A stretch of DNA of 64,000 bases from Botryllus schlosseri (taxonomy: Eukaryota). The notes below the pieces were generated by a model, which was not told the DNA's origin, made no database searches, and saw only the letters and a program-made list of their open reading frames with translations. Below are positions 1 to 13,066 of this stretch, piece after piece. Numbering within the stretch: position 1 is the stretch's first letter; every line of letters starts with the position of its first letter. The translations under genes and the position numbers were made by a program. The stretch covers positions 4,652,001 through 4,716,000 of the forward strand of contig CM119373.1 in NCBI GenBank assembly GCA_051294905.1, read 5' to 3'.

Positions 1-2023
1 AATTCAATCTACTCGCTATTTTTACACACAGAAGACTCTTTTAAATCAAACTACAGCAACAGCATTATATTTAGAAGTAATAGATTTATCATAGTTACAG
101 ACTTCCACGGATATCATGTACATAACTAAACTCCAATCATGTATATAAGTATTTAAATAGATACTCAAATAACGTGGCATTAATTCAATCAGTTTTACGT
201 CAACCACCTATTGTAAATTTGAAATAAACTGTTGGAATATAATATTATTGATATATTTTAAATTACAATTGTTTCTGTGTGATTTTCGCTTGTAAGCTAT
301 TTCGTTCAGTTTCTCGGAAGGTTCCGGCCATGGTCTGATATAATATGTTCAATTGCTCATCTCATCTGCCCTGATATCTTTCTTTTGTTGCTCTGATGTC
401 TTGGTAGAACCTCCCTCTCCCCCTTGCTAATCAACAAGATAATCAGGATATATATAAAGATGACCGAACAGGAAGTGAACTTCTATGCTCATGTTCGTGC
501 TCAAGTTTTCGATATGCAGATACGAATTTTGGTACCAAAGGTTTGTAGTTGGGTGCTTTGTCATCATCTAAAAAGTTTAATTTACTACATCCAAGGAGAA
601 ATTACATGAAGTGAACTCCTTTCTAATGTGAAATTGGAATCTTTCATCCATATTCGAATATACCAGATAACAGATTTAAGCTTCTCGTTTGATAGGATTA
701 CTAGGTATACCCACTTTGTTGACTCAGCGGAAAATTATCCATTTACCAGTCAAAAGAAATGAGACTTATATGAGTATCGTAGTTAAGCCTTTCAAGGACA
801 AATTTTACAGCTTTATACTCCTCTTTAATCTTGGTAGAATTACCAATTGATACCGGAGAACATGTATTTCCGTTGTGGAATAGTACAATTTTTAGGCTAG
901 ACAAACTGCTTTTTTGATAAACAAATAATTCGCATCATGTCATGTTAATATTGATAGAATGACTGAGAATGACAGTAGGGTTCTTCAAAGTCAATTAGAT
1001 ATTTATGCGCAGTATAGAATTAGAAAAAAGTACGATTTTCTTCCTACCAAGTGAAATATATATGGGTAAATACCGTAATTTTGGGCTTTTTTAGGGGTAT
1101 TAATATCTTCTGACGAAGAGCCAATCTGACAAAGCTAATGTGATATTCGTAATCAGCAACCTCAAAAACTCCAAAAACGGCTGTCAGATGTTCTGCCTAA
1201 AATTCTTTTTTTCATCTTGTTGATCAGTGTAATCGACTGGAATGTGTTTTCCCAGCGACAATATTTGACCTTACCTCAATTCACATTTCATGAATTCGAT
1301 CATTCGCATATGCGACGGAATTAGTAATGTATCCATGTTTTTTACGTCATGTGTATTTGATCTATATCTTACACATTATCCTACGGGTATTTTGTTATTT
1401 AACCACGTGATTTAGGCTACATAAGTGAACAAACATACATTAGGGTTGATCAGTAGCAAAGTACTCATACTTATGCAAAGTACTACAAAGGTCTTCCACG
1501 TGTACTTTAGTAGCATTTGAAGCCGAACTCCACAATTTCGTATTTCGATAATGGTAGTTAGAAATTACCATCTGGGAAGATTCTCATCAATATCATGCTT
1601 CAGAATCGAAGACCTCGTGAAAACATGGCAGATCTTTTGATTGACTAACAAATTCTGTGACGGCTTGTCCCGGTTCACAATTTCTGGGTAAGGAAATGAT
1701 TGAAAAAATTGTGTTCGTCACTTGGAATTGAATCGAATTCACTAAAGGGAATCTACCATGACACATTTCGACTATCGAGGCTGCTGTAAAGAGCTTTCAC
1801 AGTAACGACGGAATACATTCGTCCCTTTCTAATAAGTCAGAATAAAGAGATACCATTTTAGTAGTCTTTTTATAGCTTCAACCGAATTAGAATTGATTCA
1901 ATATAACACCAACGTCAAACTTAGTTTCTTTCTCTTCGACAAAGTATCCAGTTCAAAGTAGAAACACCCAAAAATACCCATAGCGAATAACTGTAACGAA
2001 TGAGCGATTCAAAACGTTTGCAG

Positions 2024-2099
2024 GGCGGAAAAACCATGGATGCGATCAGATCTGACTTTCAGAAACGCGTAGATGAAGAAATACCTTTCAATCCAAAAG
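2024..2099 (+). CDS. Candidate internal exon of gene A (GGKTMDAIRSDFQKRVDEEIPFNPK)
   Basis: tttgcag acceptor and aag|gtatac donor; 76 nt, open, ends in phase 1 so it would join the pentraxin exon at 3032 in frame. No recognisable homology to exons of genes B-D. Confidence 0.3.
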
Positions 2100-3031
2100 G
2101 TATACTTGGCTTTGGTTTGCATGAAGTGAGTTGGCGCGTATAAATCGCTTTTCGTGTGACACATCTACCACCGCGTACGATGTAATTAACTTTATAAAAA
2201 CAAGATATAGTTCACTAATAAGAGTACAGTGATTCTCATTGAACTAGTTGTCGGACTCTGAACATCTGAAAGTTTCATAGGATTAAGTGTAGGACACAAA
2301 CAATCAGCGCTAAGTCCCAAAGCCAGACATTTCCGTCTGCTTTCATCCAACACCCAACCAGATCGCATCTAGGTTACTTATGTAAATCATTGCCTCGTCA
2401 ACAATATTCTCAACTTGCTATCGCATGCCGATGACAGGTGGACGGTTTCAGGGCTATGCGTATGGTAAAAAGACTCATTTTAAACGTACATGCCTTTAAT
2501 CACGTTTTTATTTGATGAAATAGAATATTGATGTTGTTTATTGCGGTATACTAAGAAATATGGCGATAGGAATTGTGATCGAAGCAGCTACCCCTATCAC
2601 GCATTTCACGCATTACGTCGGTAAATGCCGATCCTCGAAGTCAATTGCCGAATATTATTATAATCCTGCCCCTAACGTCGTATCCCATTATTATGAAACA
2701 TAATAGACGCCTTGATGTTCACCTGACAGAAAACATAATAGTCAAGCATTACATAACTTATAACACTATATTATTACTATACATGAAATGTCTTTTGTGC
2801 AAAGTAGCGTAATATAGGCGTTATAAGCCGGATAAACCGAATTGCACCAGTGAACAAAGCTGTATTTCCGGCCCACGGTCGAAATTGAGTGTAATACCCT
2901 GGTGATGCGCCCTGTATAGACTCATTCCAATATTGCCGGGTATATTTTTCTGTTTGCCGAATACCTATTCTCCAGTAATAGAATATAACTTCTTCACTGA
3001 TTGATGGTTGAGAAATACCACTACCTTCCAG

Positions 3032-3702
3032 CGTGCAAAATATCTCGCTTCCGGTTTCCAAACGAAGAACATCTTCATTACGCGAAATACAACGGTACAT
3101 TGCCGACAATGGTGTCGTTCACGGCGTGTGTCTGGGTGAAATCACTGGACGAATCATTCACCGGAGAGCAAGCAATCTTCAGTTATTGTAAATATGGCTC
3201 AGTAGACTGTAATACCATCGCTGTGTGGTTAGAGAACAGAAACATCAAAGTGTACGTCAATATCAATACATTGACACATACATTTCGCTTTGGGGATACT
3301 GGAAATTACGGATATCTTACACACCTGTGTATAGTGAAATCTGCTAGCATGTTAAGTGCGTACATCAATGGTTCTGCGTATGCCGGCGGAGAACTTCCAT
3401 TAGAAATACCGGGAGGAGGTGATCTCATCTTAGGACAAAATCTGGATGATGACAACGTATATTCAAATATACCCCTTCACCCTACACAGGGTTTCCGGGG
3501 GGACATAGAAAAATTTCAGCTTTGGAAAAGAATCCTAAATTCCTCTGAAGTCACTTTGCTCAACGAATCGGTTTGTAGCTGTGTGCATGGGACGATAGTG
3601 ACTTTCCACAAAGAAAATTCAATCCTAAAAGGCAAAATAACAGCATATTGGAATTCATCATATCCGAAAACGGAACTGCTTTCTTCGGCATATGGAAATT
3701 AA
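3032..3702 (+). CDS. Terminal exon of gene A encoding a pentraxin (CRP/SAP-like) domain
   Basis: ORF 3001-3702 has pentraxin motifs SFTACVWVK, AIFSY, HLC, YING, GGDLILGQNLD, FRGDIEKFQLW. cttccag acceptor at 3031 (phase 1), same position as in the 37935 paralog; stop TAA. Confidence 0.85.
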
Positions 3703-3823
3703 TCAGAATTCCGAAGAAACTCACTGATGCAAAGAATACAATCCGAGTTATAGTCAGTGTTTACAAGTTTTTGGGATGAAAGAATGGCAAGTCGGGCTTG
3801 AGATTTCGAGATCGGGTAATATA

Positions 3824-4168
3824 TAGAGTTACCATACATCTTCCTTTAGGAGGATTTGTCCTCCTTATTCGGGATTTTGGGTTAAACACAGGGGAAAATT
3901 CGACCGAAATACAATAAAATAGCACTGAACTGACGCTCAGGCGAGACTAGTGGGTTTTTCAGAATCCGAGCGAACGTTGACCTCTTTTTTTAGTCAACCA
4001 CCTGATAAAGTGAAGGAAAACCGGTATTTTGGGCGCTTTTTTTAGTCAACCGACTACGAAGTGGGAATAATTGACTTATTTTCCAGAATTTTCCACCGTT
4101 ATTTTTCCACCGTTTGAAAATGTTGACAAACTGCTCTCCTTTCCCGATTCCAAAATAGGGCAACCCCA
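3824..4168. mobile_element. hAT-type MITE (TAGGGTTACCATA family), opposite orientation to the other copies
   Basis: Degenerate TIRs tagagttacc / gcaacccca; TSD gtaatata/gtagtatc; similar to 7574, 11942, 17362 and 27036 copies. Confidence 0.65.
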
Positions 4169-4524
4169 GTAGTATCCGATTCGGGAAAAATAGTTCGTGC
4201 CGAAATCATACTCAATTAGTCAAAGATACAAATTGTTCTTTATATTATGGGACTGAAATCAAACTGCGATATGACGATTCAGTTTTGGGTGCAATGTTCG
4301 TGGCACTATTTCACCAGTAGAACGGCTTAAGGATATTATATGTGAAATTTATTCATTGCGGAAAGACTGCTACTTCGTTCATGCCGCAGTACAGCATGCC
4401 AACTTGATTGCTTGTATATGCATGATTACCTGTTCATATATTCGGGCATCACGATACGAAAAACCTGTAACTGCTGAAAATTGCAAGCCACGTTCGTCGG
4501 CTTATGTTGTCGACATTTCAGCAT

Positions 4525-4712
4525 ATTTTCGTGCTGGTGACGTCATATTTTGTGTTACGATTGTTGATATACGCTGTTCTTTCGAATTCTCTACTAGTTG
4601 CTGACGATTAACCCTGACGAGTGTCAGCCGAAAATATTCGGGTTCATTTCAATATGAATATACTATTCAATTGTATATTGAAGTTCTGTACCTCAAAGAA
4701 GCTGTTTAAAGT
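4525..4712 (+). mobile_element. Solo Penelope-like pseudo-LTR fragment
   Basis: Homologous to the pLTR of the PLE remnant (reverse complement of 24245-24390 plus 25686-25735) and to 26070-26172 and 63920-64000. Confidence 0.75.
4600..4645 (+). ncRNA. Minimal type-I hammerhead ribozyme motif, intact core
   Basis: aacc CTGACGA g-tgtcagc-c GAAA atat TC gggtt: core 4614-4620, GAAA 4630-4633, palindromic ATAT stem III, predicted cleavage after C4639; stem I has one mismatch. Confidence 0.75.
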
Positions 4713-5214
4713 CAATCTGTTTTTCCAACTGTATTGTCATAGAAGTTTGTACTGTCGGTGAACGTATCATTTTACATTTTATAGCTTGTTGCCTACTTGA
4801 TAGGATTGCAGTTGTATACAGCAGATTGTCTCCTCATTGTGAACAAAAACGATCAAATGAAAGAAATAGTTTGACCAGGCGTTTGCTCAATGTACCGCAA
4901 TATCCTAACTGAAGCAAAGCTGTGTGAACATTGCTTTTATATCAAGAACCGCTTGAAAAACAATTTTGATGTACACAACATTGTCAGAATGAAGCAACAC
5001 GGTGTATTACAAGCACTGTACGCCCAACTTTAATGTTGCCAGCCAACAGCTGCTGCTGCTGAAGGTTCCTTGTATATGAATGATGATCGGCTATCAGCTC
5101 CATCCATTGTTTCTGTTCAAAAACTCGATTTTGAGGATATTGCCACTGATTTCGCTTTTAAAAGCCCGAAAAGTTCAGTTTCAAGGCGGCTCGTGGCTTT
5201 TTATTCGCCTAATA

Positions 5215-6117
5215 CAGGGGGCCAACCTTTTCGGCCAAAGGGCCACATGAGATTTGCGAGTCATTGCGCCGGTCATCTGGATGTTGAATGTTGATGCCAT
5301 TTCTTTAGTCGTCCGATAGGAGCGACCTGTATTATACGTAGCGATGAAAACACGTCATATATTACTACGCATCCAAATCGATAACAATTATGTCATGAAG
5401 AGTCAGCGTGCATATAGTGCACCCATGAATTAACCGCGCGAAGCGCTAACATTCTTCAAAGTTAATGAATGAGCTCGGCTAATACTAATGTCACTTGCAT
5501 ATATTGCGGGTCGCCTCTGTATGCCGCTGGGCTTGTTCGACAAGGACAGGATTATTTAGCGCGTATACATATGAATATCGAAAATTCCGGCGCAGATGCG
5601 TCTATCATTTTGTGCAAAGATTTCATCCCCTACCATCCTTCTGCAAGTGCAGATGCGAAGTCGGATGTTGGACGACACTTTCTCTCATAATTGAGAGTGT
5701 TGTCAGACCGAATTCGGTAAATTTTCAGGAGCGTTATCAGAATTATGAAATTAAGTGACAATAAATCGGGCTAAGTGCTGAGAGAAATATCAAGTCAAAT
5801 TAATCTACCTCGAAATATTCTACTTCATGGTCATATGCGAAGATCTGCGAAAATTGTGGCTGGCCCCTGGGTACACCAATGCGTCGGAACTGATGCTCAA
5901 GACATCGATAACCCAAATTTTGCGTTCAAGCTAATCAAATGTCTGGTGACATTGCAAATTCACAATAAATTACATACTTTTCTCTGCCCATAGCAGACGA
6001 TATAAATAAATGTAATAAATTACATGGAATATTCATTATTTGACATTACAGCTATTTTATGGAATTATCTCGCGGTCCACTCCAAACCTTCTCGCGGGCC
6101 ATAGGTTGGCCGCCCCG
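5215..6117. mobile_element. hAT-type MITE
   Basis: TIRs cagggggccaacc / ggttggccgccccg; TSD gcctaata/gcataata; left end shared with the 54559 element. Confidence 0.75.
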
Positions 6118-6871
6118 GCATAATACATTCGTTCACCATTTCTTGTCTTCATTCTTTTTCGCCTTTTAAACGCTGAGACGGTGAGGCATCTTTCTCAAGT
6201 AATAATGAACTTATGAGACGCGGCATATGATTTGTAATTATTTTTATTGAAAATATTGCTTGAACATGAAACTATGTCGAAATTTGCTGCGGTCTAGGCT
6301 AACTTAGGGAGGGGGGATTTTTAACGAAAGTCATTGGCGGCAGCACATGTGGCTACGCCACTGCTCGCATTCGCACCGGCCGTAGTGAATTGATATTAGC
6401 GCACTTATATTATTACGTAATCGAAAGCGGATGTAGCGACAGGCATACAGTGCCTAAGCACGTCTGAGTCTGAGACAAGCAGACTAATGTCGCCAAATTG
6501 ACGTTCTGATTTCTTTGTCTGAACATGCATCAGATTTTCGTAATAGCGCAGCGGTCCGCGTAACCCGAGGGGTCCGCGAGACCTTTAAATTTGCAAAAGA
6601 ACTGATACACAATTGATACCTTTTTTAAACTTGCAACAACAGAATAGCCGTTTGAATTGACATATCATATACTGTGCTAACTCATTTTAATTGCCAAGTT
6701 CCTAATAGCCTACGGGTACAAACATATTGCGGTTTAGAGTTATCTGATAATAGTTTTTCCTTATCTGACTCAACAAAGGGGTAAGACCGCGTCACAAAAG
6801 CCATTTTCTCCTGTGATATAGGCCTACATACAACCACTATTCCAGAATATCTTGAAGATGAGCTGCTAGAT

Positions 6872-7993
6872 TAGTGGTTCTCAAACTTTTCAAAGAAATT
6901 CATGAAACGGTCCCTGGGCAATCAAAAAAAGATCACAAAACCAACACAAAACAATGCTTTAGAGTTTATAGTGACAATGTGACATAAATATAGTCAATTG
7001 TTTGAGACTAGCTCGGCTATGTGTGGCTGCGATTTCGAGAACGCAACTCTAATATTGTGAATCACATTCAAACGATTCAAATTCACAGTCAATACCCGAA
7101 AACGGTGGTCATGGCCCTCATATTTTGTTTTCAAACTAATCACTAGGGGACAAGCCCTTCACACCCCTCTCACCTTTACTTGTGATTTCATAACTGCCCT
7201 TTATACATTCTATTCACAAACGATATTACGCGATTCACGGACCAACCTAAATTACTAACGGCAAACGCAAGGCTTATTGATTTATTTCTATATGGGCTTA
7301 GTAAGCACCAACCAGTGTTATGAAAATCAGCGTGCAGCTAATTTCTTGTCGCGCGAACCGCGAGGTTTTTCCAATTTAAGGAATAGATTCTGCACCAAAA
7401 TACTCTATTTTAGCCTGATTAATGATATAATGTTGGGCAATTATCGGGTTTAGTTCGAAAATGAGTTGCCTGATTTTTTTTATATTACCTTTTTTCTGGA
7501 TCGTGTGATTTTTGTAGAACTTGCTTCGCGGACCAAGAAAATTGTATCGCAGATCCCAAAAGGACCGTGGAACTAGGCTTACCATATTTTGGAAATCTGA
7601 AAAGAGGACACTTTTTCAGAAATTTGCAAGTTGCAAAACCGGAGTAGAATTCTCAAAAAACGGTGAATTTCTCCCACTTTGTGATCGGTTGACTAAAACA
7701 AAAGGTCATCTATCCCGCTCAGAGCTCAAAAGACCGTTTTTCTCTCCACATTGTCAGGTGGATGATTGAAAAAAAAAGGTCATCTTTTCGCTCAGAGCTG
7801 AAGTCACCGTTTTTCACTCCGAAATACCCGCCGGAGCTTCACTTCTGTGCTAATTTGCGGTATATCACACGCAATTTGCTCTAAATCTGACCTAAATTTT
7901 CAAAAAAGAGGACAAAATCTCAAAAAAGAGGACAAATCCTCTTAAAAGAGGACGTATGGTAAGCCTACGTGGAACTCAGTTTGAGAACCACTG
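6872..7993. mobile_element. hAT-type MITE nested in 6549-8411
   Basis: TIRs tagtggttctcaaact / agtttgagaaccactg; perfect 8-bp TSD tgctagat. Confidence 0.85.
7574..7967. mobile_element. hAT-type MITE (TAGG family) nested in 6872-7993
   Basis: TIRs taggcttaccata / tatggtaagccta; perfect TSD cgtggaac; gaggac subterminal repeats. Confidence 0.9.
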
Positions 7994-8585
7994 TGCTAGA
8001 TAGAAATGACTATAGTCTGGACGTGATCGCTTCATTTAAAATCTGTTTCTCCATTTGCTGTCTGCGATCATACCCAAAGGTGTCGTCGACGGTAATATTA
8101 TATTCGCCGCAACCCATCTTTGTGGATATGGATCAAATCGAAGGCGGGAATTTTCAAGACATATATTCAAGAAATGCAGCTGCAGAATTAGCTTCAAAAT
8201 AATATAAACCTACCCCATTTCTTCTTATAGTATGATCTTATTTTCATTCTCATTTTGTCGCTGTTTATCGCCAGCCTGCATTGATATTTGCACAAGACAG
8301 ATGGCGGTTGCACAATAATTAAGCTAAACTTAATTAAATCTTGAGGGTGTCCTCGGAGGTCCGTGAAGGTTCAAAAGGGGTCCGCGAAGACACAAAGGTT
8401 GAGAACCACTGTAATACCGGTTCTATTAGCTCGAGGCACGAAGAATCAACTTTTCTCCTTCACGCCGATTTGTCGTACACTGAACATTTGTAAACAAGGA
8501 ACTGACGTTCGTGGTTGAAACATTTGATTTGTGATCTCTATTTCTCATTATCACATGACAAAATTAGCTGTGCTTGTCATTTAGC

Positions 8586-8730
8586 GGGGGAGTTAGCGTA
8601 GTGGTGACGATAATCAACTGCTGTGGGCGGCCCGGATTCGATTCCGCGTCGGAGGTTATTCTGGTCTCCTCTTCACCCGCGTCGATGTTCTTAACTCGAC
8701 CAAAATGCTCAGGAAAAACACTCGACGTAA
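8586..8730 (+). mobile_element. Probable tRNA-derived SINE head
   Basis: A-box-like tagcgtagtgg (8594-8604) and B-box-like ggattcgattcc (8634-8645); no complete cloverleaf. Confidence 0.45.
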
Positions 8731-9109
8731 GAACGCATACACAAGGCATGAAAATAGCATGAACCACCCGCGGAATAGATATTACCATTTAAAAAGAACT
8801 GCGACATCGGGCAAAAGGTCGAGAGGGATGCCAGTTCAAGAGACCGCAACTGCTGGTCGTTCGGCATGCAGCTTCTATCTGTTCAATACATCGCATCGTG
8901 TCTTATCGCATTATACATTGAACGCATACACAAGGCATGAAAATAGCATGAACCACCCGCGGAATAGATATTACCATTTAAAAAGAACTGCGACATCGGG
9001 CAAAAGGTCGAGAGGGATGCCAGTTCAAGAGACCGCAACTGCTGGTCGTTCGGCATGCAGCTTCTATCTGTTCAATACATCGCATCGTGTCTTATCGCAT
9101 TATACATTG
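8731..9109. repeat. Perfect 189-bp tandem duplication
   Basis: 8731-8919 is identical to 8920-9108; seen as a duplicated peptide in ORF 8705-9142. Confidence 0.95.
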
Positions 9110-9704
9110 TGTGCGTCTTGTTCAGATGTAAATATATTTTGACGATTATTAATTATTGCGTCTCGAGTGATAGATTATGAACACGTAGTCGGGAGATATT
9201 CTATGTAGTGGTATGATTGAGAAAACCACTGACGAGTATCCTGTCATTAAGAATATATACCACTTGCTATGAAAAGGAGGGTGATATAGCCTACACTGTC
9301 TACTAGAGAGTTAAATAGTATCGTAATGATCGATGTTTGATGTTTGGTTGTGCTTAAAGAAATCCGGTCCCGACTTTGCTGCTAGAAAAATAATTTGTAT
9401 ACTGGACAAGTGCCATGTAACAGAAGATTTAAGATTTTGCACCAAACGAATAAAACATAGGGATTTTCATATCAAATGATTAAAACTCAGCGGTTGCTGA
9501 TTCAAATTGAAACCTAACCGCTTGTTGTTCTCAACCTTTTCCACCTTGCTGACAGCTGATATTTCAAAAAAAGTATTTGGCGGACTGATGGACTTTCAAA
9601 AATTGAAATCAATTCAAAATGTAAAGTATGCAACCGTTTTTTGAATGTATATATTTGGAAAGGTTTGATAGTAACTAATTATAATCATGATGGCTTCTAT
9701 GTGA

Positions 9705-9830
9705 TCTGACAGTAGGGAGTCTGCTGGGTGTAGGTAAAGTTACCTTGCCCAGATAAACGTGCTACCGCCGAGATTCGTTTACAGTCTTCCGCGTCGAAGG
9801 CCGCGGATTTAACCGACCACGCCAACTCGC
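9705..9830 (-). mobile_element. Degenerate tRNA-derived SINE
   Basis: Minus strand starts gcgagttggcgtggtcggttaa (A-box-like), has a decayed B box, then a ctgggcaaggtaac segment. Confidence 0.35.
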
Positions 9831-10729
9831 ATAATCTCAGTCTCGTCGACAATATCCAGAGAAGTAGCGTTTCGGAGTCAAACCAAGCACCTTGTCGCGC
9901 TACCTTGTTTATTGCCCACTGCCACTAGAAGTAGCTAGTTTGGGTACTACGAATAAAATGAGCCATCCGAAAACACCAGGAATTCACAAAATCAGGGCCA
10001 AAAAAGTACATCGTCTGTCCACCCCTCAAAAGCGTTGGTCTTTGGCCCCACAGCCGATATGAAAGTCGTATTATAAGCATGAGATTGATGATACGAATAC
10101 ACCGCCTGAATTAAATTTCAGTCAGTTGGAAATCTATAACACCATCATCGAATTTGTATATTAGAGTAATATATAAGTACATGTGCTTAGTAGTAGTGTT
10201 ACTTGCAATTTGGAATAGTAAGTGATGTAGCGGTGCAAACGGTATTCCCGCTGTCGCGAAACCGATTGCATATAACGATCTGGAGGAGGGGATTTTCCGA
10301 ACGAATAAATTGCATGTTGTGACAATTTAAAATCAATCGTTACGCGAGCTTACAATGTAATATTATGTGTCGTCAAATGAGCTTTTGGGTGGTTTTAACA
10401 CCCTGAACGTATAGTGTTGTCGTAAGATCTCGTATAAAAGGTAGCGTCAATTTATCGGAGTTCTCAAATTATCGGCTGCCTCATGTTATGTTTCAATAAA
10501 GCAAGAACCAGTACAAGCAACCAGCGTATGGCGGTGGTTTCATTGTTCGAATTATTATTATTGTTACTAGTACGGTGGTGTTATTGAGAAGAATCTACCA
10601 ATGGATACCTGAAAAGAAATTGTTGGCCGTTTTAAGTGTTAACGGTAATTATTATATCAATGGCAGTTTTCCCTCGACATTAATATACGAGTCCACGTAG
10701 TTTAATCAACAAGTCCATTTAGTGTAATG

Positions 10730-11470
10730 CTGGGGTGTCAAATTCAACTGTGGTTGCGGGCCGGATTCAAACCTTCAGACAGGTCGCGGGCCAGACCAAT
10801 CCAATTCCAAGATGCTACCTCCTAATCCAAGCCCTTGCTTTTCATTCGACTACGTATCAAGCCTATATACGAAATATTAAATTACATAATATATAGGATC
10901 ATATGGACTCTATTCTATAGCCACACCGTTATTTGTAAATACCGTAATTGGCGAATAAGATACTTGGCTGGCTAAATATGGTGGCTCTAACGACGATATG
11001 AGTTTGCATATTTCTATGCCCTCTTTGCTCTCGCATTAGCCCTGCGTATGCATTGTGAGAAATACTGTAAACGTAGTGCGAAACCGCGCATATTTTAATT
11101 ATATTTTTTGTAACTGTTTCAGTCTCCATGTAGCCGGCATATAATGGTTTCGCGGTGGCGTTTTCGCTTCTGTGAATAACTACATTTTGATCCATATTTC
11201 TATAAAACTCTGAACTCGGTGAGCCCATATTTGCCTTCTTGGAATTGGGTGTCAATACCATCGACTTGCATCTACTGGGGACCACAGTGAAACCACAACA
11301 CCGCTGTCTGATGGTTATAATGCGGCGTATGAACATGTTCGACAATTGCCATATTGTGGGAATATTTATTGATAGTATTTTTACTTAAAATCTCAGAATT
11401 GCTTCGTGGGCCGGATGAAAACGCTTGGCGGGCCGGATGCGGCCCGCGAGTCGTATGTCTGACACCCCAG
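10730..11470. mobile_element. hAT-type MITE
   Basis: TIRs ctggggtgtcaaa / tctgacaccccag; perfect TSD gtgtaatg; gcgggccgg repeats; related to 39410-40237. Confidence 0.9.
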
Positions 11471-11941
11471 GTGTAATGTAATTGTTCTCAGTTATTTCAG
11501 AACCCAACCCAAATCTTAGTTTCATTAGCATCTCACGACCCAAGCCTCACACATCGAACAAATGGAGATATATTGCTACCATGCTAAGATTTCACAGACA
11601 TATGACATACAGAAGGTGTAGGCAACCAGTTGCATGCTGCGAAGTTCTGTGAAGCATTAATCAATAAAAATAGGTCATCGATGCAATATTTCGCGCATCA
11701 ACAGTTTCCATCTGTATTCTAATCATAATCTCCTTGCTGACAATTTTCAATCTCACGTCATCGAATTTGACTATGAAACAGAAACTCCAGTTTTTCTATT
11801 GTTAGGTCACGCTTGATTAATTCTACCGGTTTGGGTCTATCGCAATAATTTGCCGTAAGTGAGATGCCATATCACACGTATAGATACTTGATTTCATGAC
11901 GAAATTACAACCCTAATTAGTTAGTGGTAATCTTGTAACTT

Positions 11942-12339
11942 TAGGGTTACTATATTTTGCCAAATCGTAAAAGTTACTTGATCGAAACTGAAAACAGTCG
12001 ATTTTGTAATATTTACTGGAAATCTTGTTGAGTTGACTGGAAAAAATTCATTCGACTCCAAATTTACCCACTTTTTACTTGAATTCAGTGGCGTTGACTA
12101 AAACAAGTCGTCATTTTCGTTCGAACCCCGAATGACCAGCTCGAACTGCCATATTACCTATTTCCCGTCATTTATCCCTATTTTCCGTCGAACCTGTCCG
12201 TTATCCTAGCTGCAAAAGCTGTAAAGGAGGACGAATTACCAAAAAGGAGGACATTTAGGTGTCCTAGGAAGACATTTTGAGAAACCTAAAAAAGGAGGGA
12301 AAATCCTCCCAACGGAGGACATATGTATGTATGACCCTA
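11942..12339. mobile_element. hAT-type MITE (TAGGGTTAC family)
   Basis: tagggttac ... atgacccta ends; perfect TSD tgtaactt. Confidence 0.85.
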
Positions 12340-12567
12340 TGTAACTTGCTACAGCGTTGGATCACATCATCAAAATATACAATTCGAAAGCTAGTCGCTG
12401 ATATCGGTATGCAACACCGTTAAAATCCATACATACCAGTACTATAGATAACTAACCCACGGATAGACTCGCAACACGTGATTTACGGTTGAGTACCGTG
12501 ATGAATCTACCGATTACTGATCGCTTCGTAAACAGATATTGTATGTCAACGATCGGACAGCATTATA

Positions 12568-12686
12568 TCTGGGGTATATTCGGACTGTATTGCAACTAGG
12601 ACATCATGTCTGGGGTATGTTCGCACTGTGTTCTGACACTCAGACATAATTTGGTATGTTCGGAATGTGTTGATACTAGGACAAAA
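12568..12686. repeat. Three imperfect ~41-bp tandem units
   Basis: Unit resembling ggtat(a/g)ttcg(g/c)a(c/a)tgt...act(ag/ca)gaca occurs three times. Confidence 0.6.
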
Positions 12687-12749
12687 TAGTATTTACAGTG
12701 AGCAGAACTATAATAAATAAAGAAAGAATCGGTCACCGTAAATACTATT

Positions 12750-13066
12750 TTATTCAAATCCAAATTCTTCGACGGCAATAACTCCGCTTCCACTGGTTGG
12801 AATTGAACCAAATTTGGTGAGCATCGTTTCTATAGAAAGCCTAACACTTTCATGGGGTGAACAGAAAACTTTCAAATTTTTTATCATTTATTTTTATATA
12901 ATAAATAGAAACTTTCTTCTCCTGTAGCAAAGCGATTACTGGCTGGAATTGAACCAAATTTTGTGTGTAGGCTTAAATTAGGTAACCTAAGAATTTTATC
13001 AAGTAGCCAGTACGATTTGAGAAAAAAGTCATTTTTGAAGAGCCCTATTGAACACGTTCTTCGTTT
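12750..13066. mobile_element. Single decayed arm of the foldback family seen at 21942-22558
   Basis: Shares aataactccgctt, ggaattga.ccaaattt, ttcatggggt with that element and ends in ccct. Confidence 0.65.

Larger units (their letters stand above)
6549..8411. mobile_element. hAT-type MITE, outer member of a 3-level nest
   Basis: Right TIR ggttgagaaccactg; degenerate left end cagcggtcc; ggtccgcg motifs at both ends; TSD taatagcg/taataccg. Confidence 0.65.

Noticed and set aside
1085..1233. ctgacga near 1110 and a tgatcagtgtaat end
   Set aside because: No hammerhead GAAA or stem arrangement; probably one end of a MITE, but no partner end or TSD was found.
1595..1690. Possible first exon of gene A (KTWQIF..., gtaagg donor)
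   Set aside because: Stops in all three frames after the available acceptors and no consistent phase; cannot be supported.
8586..8660. tRNA gene (also 48850-48930)
   Set aside because: A and B boxes are present but there is no full cloverleaf and the sequence continues into SINE-like body.
9205..9265. ctgacgag after a gtggt/accac stem, a hammerhead look-alike
   Set aside because: No stem II-GAAA follows and there is no similarity to the pLTR family.
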